This document shows positions 1 through 13,569 of a stretch of 64,000 nucleotides of DNA, piece by piece (the first letter of the stretch is position 1; each line of letters starts with the position of its first letter). Position numbers and translations under genes: made by a program. The notes beneath the pieces were generated by a model that had not been told where the DNA came from, did not search any database, and saw only the letters and a program-made list of their open reading frames with translations. The DNA comes from Octopus sinensis (lineage: Eukaryota), in assembly GCF_006345805.1 (NCBI RefSeq), contig NC_042998.1, forward strand, positions 150,784,001 to 150,848,000. Reading direction: 5' to 3'.

Positions 1-985
1 TTTCCTTGCGTTTCATAGCCTCTACGTATCATTTGTGAACTCTCAATGTATGGCTTGTGAGATTCATAATCGTGGAGTTAGTACATATGAATATATACAT
101 ACACCTACATAAAACATATACGTGTGTTTATAATATGTATATACACACATACATACATATATGTTTGTAAGTGTATAGATATATACATATCGCTCCATAA
201 TGACTTATAAAGCCGAAACTTCGATATTTCTGCAAATACTTTCCTTGTATACAAACACACACAGACATATACATATAGATACACACACACACACACACAC
301 ACATGGATGTGTATATGTATTACGAAATTTCCCTTATAATAAACTTCCAGGATTGCACTCTTTTTATTTTATCCCTCTACCTCTCTGTTCGGAGTGCTCC
401 CTATGTCTTTTGTTTTGTACACTGAATGCAATTGCTTTTCTGATTATACTCAAACTGATATACTGGATTGTGTACACACACACATACACACGTTACATAT
501 TATGTATATATACACACACGTATATATAATGTTATCTATGTATATATATAAAGAATAACTAATAACAAAACAAGAAAATTATAGCAAAATTAAGTAAATC
601 AAAAAGATTCTAGTATTTATGAATCGTTTGTGTTCTGTAAAAATAACCACACCCATCCTTTTTCACATCTACTGTAGCCTAATTATTATTATTGTTATTG
701 TTATGATTATTATTATTATCATCATCATTGTTGTTATTATTCTCATTACTGTTGTTATACGTATTTGTCGACGATATATTTTTTTTATATGTTTATGTTT
801 ATATATCTTCTCTTCTATTCTGGAATATTCTTCAAAAACATTGTGCGTGCGTGCTGTATGCATTTGTATGTATGTATCTATGTATGTGTATGTATGCATG
901 TATGTAAGAATGTATGTATGTACGTACGTATGTAGTCCCTTTTACTTTCCGTACTGAAAGTGCATTTTTCATTCATGATTATAAA

Positions 986-993
986 TAATAATA

Positions 994-1049
<56 letters not shown>

Positions 1050-1104
1050 TAATAATAATAATTATTATTATTATTATTATTATATTATTATTATTATTAT
1101 TATA

Positions 1105-1150
<46 letters not shown>
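986..1150. repeat. Palindromic (TAA)n(TTA)n tract
   Basis: About 75 bp of (TAA)n immediately followed by about 90 bp of its reverse complement. Confidence 0.9.
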
Positions 1151-1151
<1 letters not shown>

Positions 1152-1152
<1 letters not shown>

Positions 1153-1431
1153 ACCACTAGCATGAAAGACAAAACATTTGTGGACAATAGAAAAGGTTCA
1201 GATCGTCCCAGTTGTTGTCGGGGCGCATGCGTACTATGAGAACCAGAATTGGAAACTATTTTTTTTTTAAATCGGTTTTAGTATCAGGTAGGGACACTCA
1301 CAGAAAAAAAATAAATAACCGCTAGAATACTTCGAAAAGTGCTTGACAATTGGAGGTGTCACCTCAGGCCACTGGTTGAGGACCGGTATAATACCACCAG
1401 CAATAAATGCTGCGCGACAAGCGGAATAATG

Positions 1432-1491
<60 letters not shown>

Positions 1492-1492
1492 G
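1152..1492 (+). mobile_element. 5'-truncated R4/Dong-like (RLE clade) LINE 3' end with (TAA)n tail
   Basis: Decayed translation HLWTIEKVQIVPVVVGA...TARILRKVLD matches the conserved C-terminus of RLE-clade LINEs. A 3' UTR and (TAA)n follow. Confidence 0.65.
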
Positions 1493-2442
1493 TAACAACA
1501 ACAATGTTAATAATAAGCGAATGGGTATTTGTAATAAATTTAAGGGAAGAAAAAGCGATTTAAGAACAGGAAAAGATATGAAAGGCAGATAGGTTGATGA
1601 AATATATATATTAAAAAAAAACTGGATCGCAGTCATTGAAATTTTTTATTAAATTTTAATTTTAATCATTTTTTTTTTTTTTGCGCGTGTGTTTAATCTT
1701 ATCTGAACCCGACTGGAATCCTGTGAAGGATACATGAGAAATGGGAGTTTGAGTGGTGTAGCATTAATAAAGAAAAGTTCAAGTGAATCGGGTTGATCTG
1801 GCACTGGATGCCAGTCTACCCAGAGTTTACCGTCGCCTGACGATGCCTGCCGCTCTTATGTCGACTATAATGACAAAGCATTATAACGATAACGATTATT
1901 ATAATTATTGTTATCATTTATATAGACTCTGTGAGTAATAATTTCATCATTTGAAGGTAGCAACATATGCCAATAAGATTTTACATACACTCAACACTCA
2001 AACACGCATATATATACACAGAAATATATACACACATATGCCACTCCGTCGGTTACGACGACGAATGTTCCAGCTGATCCATCAACGGAATAGTTAACAT
2101 GCATGTGGCTGAGCACTTCACAGATACGTGTACTCTTAAAATAGTTCTTAGGGAGATTCTGCAGGACATAGAGTGTGTCAAGGATGACCCTTTGAAATAC
2201 TGGTACAACTCATTTTTGCCAGCTAAGTGGAATAAAGTGTCTTACTTGCTCAAGGACATAACGCGTGGTCGGAAATTGAACTCACGACCTCACGATCATA
2301 AACCGAATACCCTAACCACTAAGCCACGCGCTTTCACTACACACACACACGCCATTTCCCTGACGTTCATACCATTGTTATCACTGTTAACACTACCAAC
2401 GGGATTCCACTGTCGTCACCATCATCATCATTTTTAGTAATA

Positions 2443-2660
2443 TTGGTTTCAAATTTTGGCACAAGGCCAGCAAGTTCGGTGGAAGGATAAGTCGATGACA
2501 TCGACCCCAGTGTTTAACTGGTACTTATTTAATCGACTCCGAAAGGATGAAAGGTGAAGTCGACTTCGGCAGAATTTGAATTCAGAACGTAAAGACGGAC
2601 GAAGTGCCACTAAGCATTTTGCCCGGCATGCTTACGATTCTACAAGTTCACGCCCTTCAT
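2443..2660 (-). mobile_element. Second tRNA-derived SINE family (central CCTTTCATCCTTTCGGGGTCGATAAA-type domain)
   Basis: Homologous copies at about 5025-5170, 8150-8350, 10060-10200, 21550-21745, 36920-37060 and 58890-59055. Confidence 0.7.
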
Positions 2661-3994
2661 TGTTTAGTAATATAAAAATAAATAAAAATGCAACTGAAAA
2701 GTTGATTCCTGATCATCATGCATCTACTTAAAAAAAATAATTCAGGGTGGAAAAAGGAAACCCCGGTTCCTCTCCGCTTCCAGTAAATTCTTTGTGTGGT
2801 GGTTGAGAGTAGAGAATACTAGGTACGTTGAACGGGTTTACTCTCAGATTGCACATCTAGGCCGGGAAACAAGTGAGGGCTTCTTGCCTTGAAAATCATG
2901 GCCATTGAGATTTCGTGGAGTTTCCTTCATTAGCCCGCTAAGCAGCTACCCTTTCTACCGGAGAATTAGTTTAATGCGGCCCACTAATCTTACACAAACA
3001 CCCTACCATATTTGTCTTCTTTGAGCCCTTGAGGGTTAATAATGAAAATATTCCTCCTCCATCTCATCATCATCATTATTATTATTATTATTAAAACTAT
3101 TTGCATGCTATATCACTTAGCAGAGATGCTGTTTTGATGCTCATGTTTGAAGAATATGTCTTAGAATTTTTGCAGGATACAGAATTGCACTTCTCTGCAT
3201 GTTGACAATGCAAGTCTCAGTTCCAATACCCTTCTGTCTCTTAGATAGCATTTTGGGTATTGTTTCAAGTGCGACACTCGGGTGCTTTCTCTTTCATCCT
3301 TCCGGAGTCGATAAAATAAGGTACCAGTCATATACTGAGGTCGTTTTACACAGGTGTAACCATCCCACAAATTTCTGGCTTTATTAGTGTTATACCGTTT
3401 ACATTCGCATCTTCGTGTGTAACACTTTTAAATACTTTAACTTTGTGGAACAACATCGAAGACATGACCGATACATTTAATAACTCAATGAAACAACATT
3501 ATGAAGATCAATAACTCTTATGTAACTGCTATGAAAATTAATAAATTTGTGCAATATAAACGAAACAAAAACATTTATGTAAATCAAGAAATTTTCTCGC
3601 TTCCAGTAAATTTATCAAGAGATGGGCGATTATAGCAAAAATGGTGAGGGTGAATGAAATAAGTCTTAGCTGGATGAGAGTTCGTGCTATTGGTGATGAG
3701 GGTCGTCTTGGATCTGCCGGATTCCTTGATTAGTTCTATTCGGAGGATTTCCAATATTATCCGAGTATTCACACATTTTGTATACAATCTATATATTTCT
3801 CCCCATGCCTACTCCTTTCCCACCCCACTTTACCCGATTTTATGTACCCCCTACATCAACTGTTACCTGTCTTTATAATTTCCTCCTCACTTGATGCCCC
3901 TTGGTAATTAAAAGAAACCATCGCCTTCGTTATCATTATTGTTATTGTCCCAAAGCTATTATATGCTGGTTTCATTAGTAGGAGCGTTATCTTG

Positions 3995-4230
3995 TGGTTT
4001 GGTGACAAATTCAATTTCAAGAACATTTCTTAAGATTTTCGCAGGATATCTGACTGAGATTTTGCAGGCTGACAGAGCGAGTCTCCATTTCTATATCGTC
4101 CAAATTGTTGGGTAGCATTTTGAGTGTTGTTCCAAGTGCAACAATTACCACAGGAAAAAATCATTGTCTTAACCTTCCATAATCTTTTTCCTTCTCTGGT
4201 TTGGTCCTTAAAGTGGGTGAATGTAGCAAG
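3995..4230 (-). mobile_element. R4/Dong-like LINE 3' fragment
   Basis: Minus-strand translation with frameshifts: KRLWKVKTMI(F)PVVIVALGTTLKMLPNNLDDIEME...PAKILRNVLEI. Confidence 0.6.
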
Positions 4231-4952
4231 GATGGTCCGTGTGAATGGGCTTACTCTTAATAAACGCTTGAGAAGCAGTGAGGTAATCTGGCTGCGGTAC
4301 CCTTGGCAGTCGGGCTGATCAGGATGTATGAAGTTCCTTGGTTGACCCTAGGAGGAACTGCCCTATTTTGGGGAATTTTATGGTTTAATTTTATTGTTAA
4401 TTGTTATTGCTGTATTTTATTTTTATTTCCGAATATTGTGCTAAGCTCCACTAGTCTCTTGTATTGTATTATCCCATTTCGTTTTGTTCGACCCTTGTGG
4501 CTAATAATAAAATTAATATTCATAATAAAGCATTTGCCACTACTTCTGAAGAAAAAAATTCAGCGCTTCAAAACCTCCAACCTAAATATATAAATGTTTC
4601 AGGCTATGAGTTGATAATAATTTCTACTTGCTTGATGAGTGTTTGTTATATCAGTGTGTACACCAGTTTGAGGAACGCACATTCTGGATTCAACTAATCA
4701 CTGAGAAAGTTTTGAAATAGCTGTAAAGATGCATCTAGAAATGTATTTTTTACTTCGCCAATTATATTTATAGTTGCACTTATATAATAGATGTTATAAA
4801 TTATATAAATGATATGATACCATAAATACGCGTTTGACCATCTTTTGTCTGTCTTTTTATAATAATAACAACAGCAATAATATTATCATTATTATTATTA
4901 TTGATAATAATAATAATAAAAAAATAAAAATTATCATTATTAATATTATTAA

Positions 4953-4994
<42 letters not shown>

Positions 4995-5705
4995 CATCAT
5001 TATTATTGTTGTTGTTGTTGTTTCTTATTTCAAAACAAGGTTAGAAGTGAGGTTATTTCACTGTCGACTTCAATACTTTATCGAATCTGAAAGTCAGAAA
5101 GCAAGATTGACTTTGGTGGAATTTGAACCTAATAAGAACGATCTGAATTAAATGCTACAAAGGAACACATTTTAGTGGGGGTGGTGAGACAGAAGAGTGG
5201 TTCTAGGATATGACTGGTATATTATTCATGGGTTTTGAACGGAGAACACTTTATGGCTTACAGCCCCATCTTTCACAGCTCCAGTTTTACCCTCAATTCT
5301 CCCCATCCTCGTCAGTCACTGCCACCAGTTTGTTATCCACCCTTATCTACCAACTATCTTCAATAATGATAATGAGGGTTTCAATTTCGGGGTGGCAGAA
5401 TAAGACCCAGAAATTTCGAGAAAATTATTATTTGGTCAATTAAGTTCACTATGGATGTAAGGAAGTAAAGATGGCCGCCAGCAGGATTGTATCCGAAGTT
5501 ATTTGTTTGTCTTTCTACGAGCTCAAACATTATCATTCACTTCTGCCATTAACCAAATTAGTCAAAATGGTTTCCATTATTACAAAGATGATGACGACGA
5601 CGACGATGATGACGACAGTAATAAGGAAAACCAGTGATAAAATTACAGACACATTCACACCAGCTGGCAAATTTTCTTTGAAAATTATACAGTTCATATA
5701 TACAG

Positions 5706-5756
<51 letters not shown>

Positions 5757-5781
5757 TATATATGTATGTATATATATATAT

Positions 5782-5874
<93 letters not shown>

Positions 5875-6001
5875 GCATGTATGTATATATACATACAATC
5901 ATTAAATTTATGTATATACATATGAAAATACTTATAGACACATAAGTATATGTTCTACACAAAAAAACACACATATATGTACATATACATGCATATATAT
6001 A

Positions 6002-6039
<38 letters not shown>

Positions 6040-6135
6040 ACATGAATAAATATATATATATTATAAACAGTTACGCTTGATATATGTGTTTTTGTGTGTG
6101 TACGTGTATAAATATATACAAGATATACATACATT

Positions 6136-6174
<39 letters not shown>

Positions 6175-7659
6175 ATATTCATTACAACAACAACAAAAAT
6201 ACAAAATACAAGAAAGCCATAAATAATTTGAATCTGTGCATCAAGTATATATATATATATTTTTTTGCTATTTTTATTATTATCATCATTATATATATTA
6301 TATATTATATATTATATCATATAATTAGTTTTATATTGTTTCATTAAAATTCTGTGCCATATAGTCTTCAGTTATAGTTTTTGTTGTTGTTGTTTTTATA
6401 ACTCCAGCGTTCTGGGCTTCTTTTTTTTTCGCTTTTGCGTTCATTTTTTTTTTTTATTGTATATATTTTTTCATATTTGTGATCCTTTTTACATCTTGCA
6501 ATGACTGGAGTCTTTTTTTTCTTATTTTGTTTCCAATCTTTTTTTTATTGCTGTTTTTTTTTCCATAAATCAAATCCAAAACAACAAATAATAATAATAA
6601 AAAAACATTGAATATTGTTAACTATTATTGTTATCATAATAGTAATAACAATAATAGTCATCACAACTGTTTCTATTATTAATATTAGTATTTTTTTTTG
6701 TTTTCATTTTGTAATTTTTTTACTTTTCATATTTTTAATTCAGGGGCCGGAACTGGAGAGAAAAAAAATAATGAAAGGAAAGGGGGAGGTGTAAAGCAGT
6801 CAACAAGGATTCTTTAAGTTAATCCTCAATAACAATGTCTGGCATAACATCAGTGCCATATACTCTGTTATCTATTGTTCAACAAGAAAATCTGTACAAT
6901 GGTTCTTCAAAGTTCTATTATACATCATATATATATGCATATACATACATATATATACATTTACATACATATATATATATATATACACACACACAGTTAT
7001 ATATATTTGTACATATGTATGTGTAAATACATATATATATATATATTAAGTGGTGCGTTAACAGTGTTTTGTTTCAACACAATACTGTATGTGCAACAGA
7101 ATATATCTATAGATTTTAGCAAACACTGTATGCTGTAGACAAGTGTAAATACCTTGTCATTATATACAATATGCAATGTACAATACACACACAGATATAT
7201 ATATATATATATGAGTGTGAGTATGTGTGTGCGTGCACGTGTGTGTATGTATGTCTGTGTGTGTGTTCACTCATTACGTAGCCGAAACCAAAGCTTCTCG
7301 AGCTGTGTGCTGGCAGTAATTACACATTTTATAAATAGCCTCTTTCTTTTGTTGCATGGCAACGGCCTCCGTTAGCAACATGGCCGATGATAAATTCATT
7401 CCCAATGTCGCCATCATGTATTCGCGCGTTAGCGACAGCAGTGTCTTTCCATTAATTCGGTTTTCTCGGAAAACCTAGGGAAAAAGAAAAGAAACAGAAA
7501 AGAAAATATATAAAATAATAATAGAAGCAAAATTTTTTTTTTTCCTTAAAATTAACCGTTGGTAGAAGTATGATAACAAAAGCAATAAACTGTAATATTA
7601 GAATGAGAAAAGTTAATAGACGTACATTGTTTTTCGATTTTTTAATATGATAATAATAA

Positions 7660-7960
7660 TAACAACACCAACTGAAGTGGGAAATACGCAAGATGCGGAC
7701 TCTGAAGGGAGTGGATGTAATACCAATAGTAATTAGCGTACTTGGAAGTATCACAGCTCAATTACAAAAATGGCTCAAAAAAATTGGTACAAACGTAAAT
7801 CTACAAAAATCAGCATTACTTGGAATTGTATGTGTTCTCCACAAGGTTCTTGAAGCATGACCAATAAACAAGTCACCTTAGTCACCTGGCTCTGGACAGC
7901 TGACACTTTCCATCATACCCAGCAAAATAAACTGGGAGTTTTCATCAAACAATAATAATA
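7660..7960 (+). mobile_element. R4/Dong-like LINE 3' end between TAA repeats
   Basis: QLKWEIRKMRTLKGVDVIPIVISVLGSITAQLQKWLKKIGTNVNLQKSALLGIVCVLHKVLEA*, then a 3' UTR and (TAA)n. Confidence 0.7.
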
Positions 7961-8440
7961 ATGGTTTTTGATTTATACACAAGGCCAAACATTTTGAGGG
8001 GAGATGGTTGCCACCAATAATTCCAGTACTTCATTGGTACTTTATTTTATCAACCCCAGAAGGAGAAAAGACGAATGTAATGAATCAGAAGAAAAAATGC
8101 AAAGTATTTTCTCCCAAAGCATTTTCTATCGATTCTACCATTTCAATCAACATTATTGTTTCTAATTTTGGGACAAAGCCAGCAATTTTGAGAGTAGGGG
8201 GAATCGATATCATCAACCCCCAGTATTTTATTGGTAGATTATTTTATCAACACCAGAAAAGTGAAAGTCAAAGTCCACTCTAGAGGAATTTGAATTCAGA
8301 ATGAAAAGAACAGAAGAAACATTATGCTAAGCATTTTGGCCGATGCACTAACTATTGAACCACGTCACTACTCTGATTTCGTGCCGTATAAACAATGTTA
8401 AATACAAATAAATAAATAAATAGAAGAGCATTGGGCTTAC

Positions 8441-9788
8441 CTCTGTATATTCCATGCATCCCTCTAACTGAGCAATGAACTGACAAACTTCCAGAACTGT
8501 CCATTGGTGAATGTAACGTGGAACAATTCCTTTCTTGAAAGTACAAGTACAGCCTTTCCTGATCATCTCTTCCATACTAAAATCTGTGTTGTTGCTGTTG
8601 CTGTTGTTATTGTTGTTGTGACCGCTGCTGCAACTGTTGCCGCTATTATTGTTGTTGTTATTGATGGTGACGTTGGTGGTGGTATTGTTACTGTAAGTCC
8701 GTGATTTACCCAAAGGACTTATCACTGCCCCACTCACTGCAGATGCACCACTGTTGCTACTTGTCAACTCCCCATGTTTTGATACTTTCATATTGTCTAC
8801 TTTGTGAAGATTATTTCCTCCATTCATACCATTCAACCGCACAGAATTCTCCGTTTGGTAGCCATGTTGTTGCTGCTGTTGTTGTTGTTTATTGGCTAAT
8901 TTCTTACAGTCTTTATTGCCGTTTAGTAATAAACCGCTGTTAACACCGTTTAACCGGAACCCAGAGTGATGGTGATTGTGATGATTATGGCTGTGGTTAA
9001 TGTTACTGTTGTTGTTATTGTTATTGTTGTTGTAGTTAATTGTGTTGTGATTATTGTTACTATGGTTGTTGTTGTTATTGTGATTGTTGTTGATACTGTT
9101 GTGGTGGTTGGTGTTGTTACTGTGGTGGTGGTGGTGGTGGTGGTTGTGGTAGTCCATTTTCATACGTTTCGTCGACAGATCGAGGGCCTTCTCGGCATCG
9201 GACACCGACCGTTTGTGACCACTGGAATTTGTGGTTGAGGATATCGCAGACGATGAGGACGTCGACGACAATGACGATGATGACGACGATGACAACGACG
9301 ACAGTGACGACGTAGACGAAGAAGTAGAAGATACACTGCTGGACAAGGAGACATTGCCCATACTCGGATGTCCAGTGGTAGATGTGGGGCTGTTGGTAGA
9401 GGCGGTAGTGCCACCTGCTGCTGAGCAGTGAGTTGTCGACGTTGTCGACGATGACTGTGTCGGTGTAGGGGTACCGCAGGGTGTGGGTGTCGTACATGGC
9501 GTGAGGAGACCCTCAGTGGGTAGATAAGACATGGGACGGAGCAGTTCAAACATGCGTGGTGTCGTCTCCAAGGGAAAGCGTGGTGGATAGATGAGTGGTG
9601 CCACAAACTGTCCTGGGAAACTAGCCAAACGTAACGACGTTGGCGGGAAGAAGTACGGATCACGTGGTAAAAATGCCGGATGACCGTAAAGCATACAATT
9701 CTGGAACAGTGGTGGAAATCCCGGATGGATGGCATCGGCTGGTCTCAACTGGGAGAAATATTGATCATAGCCATTCATATGAGGAGCC
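8441..9788 (-). CDS. SAMD11: SAMD11-like exon 5, ending in the N-terminal half of the SAM domain
   Basis: Acceptor TTTCTCTTCAG|G (phase 2). ORF 8348-9778 ends IHQWTVLEVCQFIAQLEGCMEYTE, matching the SAMD11/SAMD7/Polyhomeotic-type SAM start (W-T-V-x-x-V-C-x-F...L-x-G-C-x-E-Y). Donor GAG|GTAAGC, phase 0. Confidence 0.9.
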
Positions 9789-10640
9789 CTGAAGAGAAAG
9801 ACAGAAATAGTTGAGTATATTGTAAAGGGTTACTACAGTGATGATGATGATTCACTACCTTAGGCAAAGGATACAAACCAAATATGGTGGGCACGTGGTA
9901 CTTATATGAAGCTTTCTCTCCTTCTTCCCACTGCCCAATGGGCAGCTGAATGTGTTTGAATACAGAATATGGGGGTCAGTCAAAAGCTGGACTCCCACAA
10001 GAACTAGCTGGACAATTATTTGTCCATTGTCTTCAAGGAAAACAACAGTAAACATTCTACGCCTTCGACACGAGTCCAGGACTGGAATGGGAGGGAGTTT
10101 GAATTGATTACTTTATCGAGCCCGGAGGGATGAAAAGCAAACATGAAAGTAGCTGGATTTGAACTTAGTGTAGAAAGGCATTTTCTCTGACACACTAACT
10201 TATCAACCAACTTGTAACAAGAAATATTGTCAGTGTTTTAGTATGGTTACAAATAATTTGGAAAGTCAATGAATGCTTTCAAAGGCCATGAATATAATAG
10301 CTATACTTTCCGAATCTGATTTTAGAATTGAAGAATAAGCACTCAATAGAATTGATACTGGTGCTGGTGCCACTTAAGAAGCACTTAGTACACTCTGTTG
10401 AGTGATTGGCGTTAGGAAGGGCATCTAACCGTAGAAACCATGCCAGAACAGACAATGGAACTTGGTGAGGACCCTTGCTTTACCAGCTCCAGTCAAACCG
10501 TTCAACCCATGCCAGCATGGAAAACGGACGTTCAATGATGATTAAATGAAATATTTTTAAAATAAGGAATTATATTAAACAAACATTTGTAAAATAAATA
10601 AGAATTAAAAAGAAAAAACAAATAAGCTTGGTCTACTTAC

Positions 10641-12990
10641 AGTTTGGGCGGAATGTGGCTGGCAGCGAGGAGCCTCATGAAATCACTGTATTTCCCTTTA
10701 TCTTTGTCCTTGGGATCTTTACTGGGGCTTGAACACCTAACCTGTTTGTTATCATCTTTACTCTCCACAGAAACATTGCTTTTCAATTTGGGAGACGTAG
10801 ATGTGGAAGAGGAGAGTTTCTCTTTAATATTAGCATTGTCTCGCTGTTGTTTATCTTTTGACTGAGCTTGCATTTGGTGGTGGTGATGATGATGTTGCTG
10901 TTGTTGGTTGTTGTTATTGTTATTGTTGTTGTTATTGTTGCTGTGGTTGTGATGGTTATGATGATTATGATGGTTGTGGTGATGGTGATGATGGTGGTGG
11001 TGATGTTGTTGCTGCTGTTGCTGTTGTTGTTGTCCGTCTTTCAACCCTTCCCTGCACTTATCTTTCGATGCATCCCGATGATGCACCTGAAGCGGGTACT
11101 CCCGCGCGGCCATGTCTTTTAGACCGTCTCTTCGTTTGTCCTTCATGTCAGGAGAGTTATTTACGACTAACAGTCTCTGGTTATCCCCCCTTACTTCACG
11201 GTAGATCTCCTGCGCGATGTTACGGTGTGATTCTTCAGTTCGCTTGTCTTGTACACCTTCGCCGTAAAGTTCGTGCGCGATATTTCGATAAGCAAGTTCT
11301 TTAGGAACCACCATATCACAACAGATATCTTTCTTACATTCCCCGTGGCACTCTCGAAGCAGTCCTTCAGATTTACCCAGGAAATGGTGCTCCCGATAAA
11401 TTTCTTCAGCAATATTTCTCGGAGGACTGATATGTCTGCCATATAGTTCCAACGGTGTCATCATTTTTATCTCTTTGTTGCTGCTGTTATGGTCAATATG
11501 ACCACCACCACTGTTACCACCATGAAGAATATTATTATTGATGATAATGCTGTTGTTGTTAGTGCAGATGCTCGGATCAAACATCATTCCCTCACGACAC
11601 TCACGATAAATCTCTTCAGCGATATTCCGAGTTGGGGGCCAGCAACCATCTTTCATGTTTGGATCGCTAACCTCCCTGTAAATTTTCTGGGCAATACTTG
11701 GAGATTCTTTATCGTCATCAATACACCGATCTTCCCTTTTAATAAAAGTATCAGGTCTATACATCATATCGTTCGTAATCACAGCTGCCTTGGCTTCCGC
11801 TTCTGCCTTTATCTTCAACGCGGCATCACACGCCTCACATTCTTCTCTCATTCGACATCGGTTCCCTTCACCAAATTCTTCCATTCTTCTCATATCAAGT
11901 TTTTCCTCAGAATCAATTGATGAGTCCATGACACCATATTCAGACTTGATTCGATGTTGCTCCTCCATGTTAGTTGCTTCCATCATGTCGGAGGGGAGGT
12001 GTCTTTCTTTCTTAATTTCTGGCGACATATTGTTCCGCGCCATCTCTGCTGCTCGCCAAGCTGCTTCTTCACAATGTACGCCATTTTGCATCATGGCCGA
12101 CACGGCAAGAGGATGAGGATGGACAAGAGGATTAACAAGAGGGTGAGGAGGTGGATGTGTAGAAGGTTTTATGTCGTCATCGTTTGATGTGACATCTACT
12201 TCAACATCTTCATCTTCATCATCCACCTCTTCCTTATCAGCATCATCATTGTTATCATTACTATTACTGTTATCACCATTGTTATTGTTATTGTTGTTGT
12301 TATTATTGTTATTGTTGTTGTTATTATTGTTGCTGTTGTTGTTGTTGCTACTGTTATTGTTGTTAATGTTTTTATCCGCATCCTGATCATTGTCATCATC
12401 GCCAGCATCACCGTCACCATCACCACCAGCTCCACTTCCACTATTAGTATTGTTGCTGTTGTTGCTATTGTCGTTGTTGTTGTTGTTGCTGTTGTTATTA
12501 TTGTTGTTGTTAGACTTTTTGTGATTGTTGTTGCTATCGCTACCACCATCTTCATTGGTAACTCCCACGACACCATCTTCGTCGCTGTTACAGCGTTCAG
12601 AGTCACATTTCGGCGGTTTTGTGACACCAGTTCCATTTATGAAATCACTGTGGTGCTGTTGTTGTTGTTGTTGCTGTTGATGGTGGTGGTGGTGATTGTG
12701 ATGACTGTGATGGTTATGATGATGATGGTGATGATGACCACCTCTTGGACCGTCGGTCACTTCGTTCGGAGCCAAGTCTTCTTTCATGGCATCCTTCTCT
12801 ATGGCGTCCAGTTCTAATCTGGCTCTTTTACCACTGATATCTTCGGGCAAATAATTGCGAATGTCTGCTTGATTCGAACGTGCCATCGTCATGTTCTCAT
12901 CATTCATTAAACTATCAGAAAGACTGCTGTCGATGCTGCTGCTGCTGTTATTGTTATTGAGAATATTCAATGACAAACTTTTGGCATTTT
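10641..12990 (-). CDS. SAMD11: SAMD11-like exon 4 (782 full codons; polyN/H/Q tracts, IKxE motifs, RNIAEEIYRE repeats)
   Basis: Acceptor TTTTCTTTGCAG|AA (phase 1), 2350-nt open frame (ORF 10637-12976), donor AAACT|GTAAGT (phase 2). Confidence 0.9.
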
Positions 12991-13399
12991 CTGCAAAGAA
13001 AACAAGACAATAGATAAATAAATTACAATAATAATAATAATAATAATAAGAGCAAAATCAATAATATCAATAATGCATAAAAATCATTATTTGCATATGT
13101 TGTTATGTAATCCTATAACTTGTTTCAATACTAAACAAGAATTTTGATGATTACTTTAATTTATCGATCTTGTAACAGAGACAGTGATGTTACCATGGGC
13201 ACAAAGGTAGGTATCCACAATACATTTTTACTCCAGGCACCATTTGACATTTCACCATTAACATATACGTGCACAAATTCAACAAACACAAACTTTCGCT
13301 GTGTACTCCCTCCCCCACTCCATCATATAGTTTTGCAAATCATATGGAACTGAGAGTGGGGAGGGGAGTAGGAAAGAGAGAGGAAAAGAAGAAACTTAC

Positions 13400-13569
13400 C
13401 AACTCCCATACAACATCCATTGATCAATGGTGTACCAAACTCCAAGATGGCAACACCTTTCTTCTGTTTGTGTAAACTATCTTCGAGTTCGTTCATTGGA
13501 ACCGTTTCTTTTTCTCGTGTTGTTCTCAACAGATCGATAATATTGCTCAAACGAGATTCTCGTAATGGA
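13400..13569 (-). CDS. SAMD11: SAMD11-like exon 3 (PLRESRLSNIIDLL...GCCMGV)
   Basis: Acceptor CCTGTTTTTTAG|T (phase 2) and donor GTTG|GTAAGT (phase 1); 170 nt. It is required to reconcile the phases of exons 2 and 4. Confidence 0.85.
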
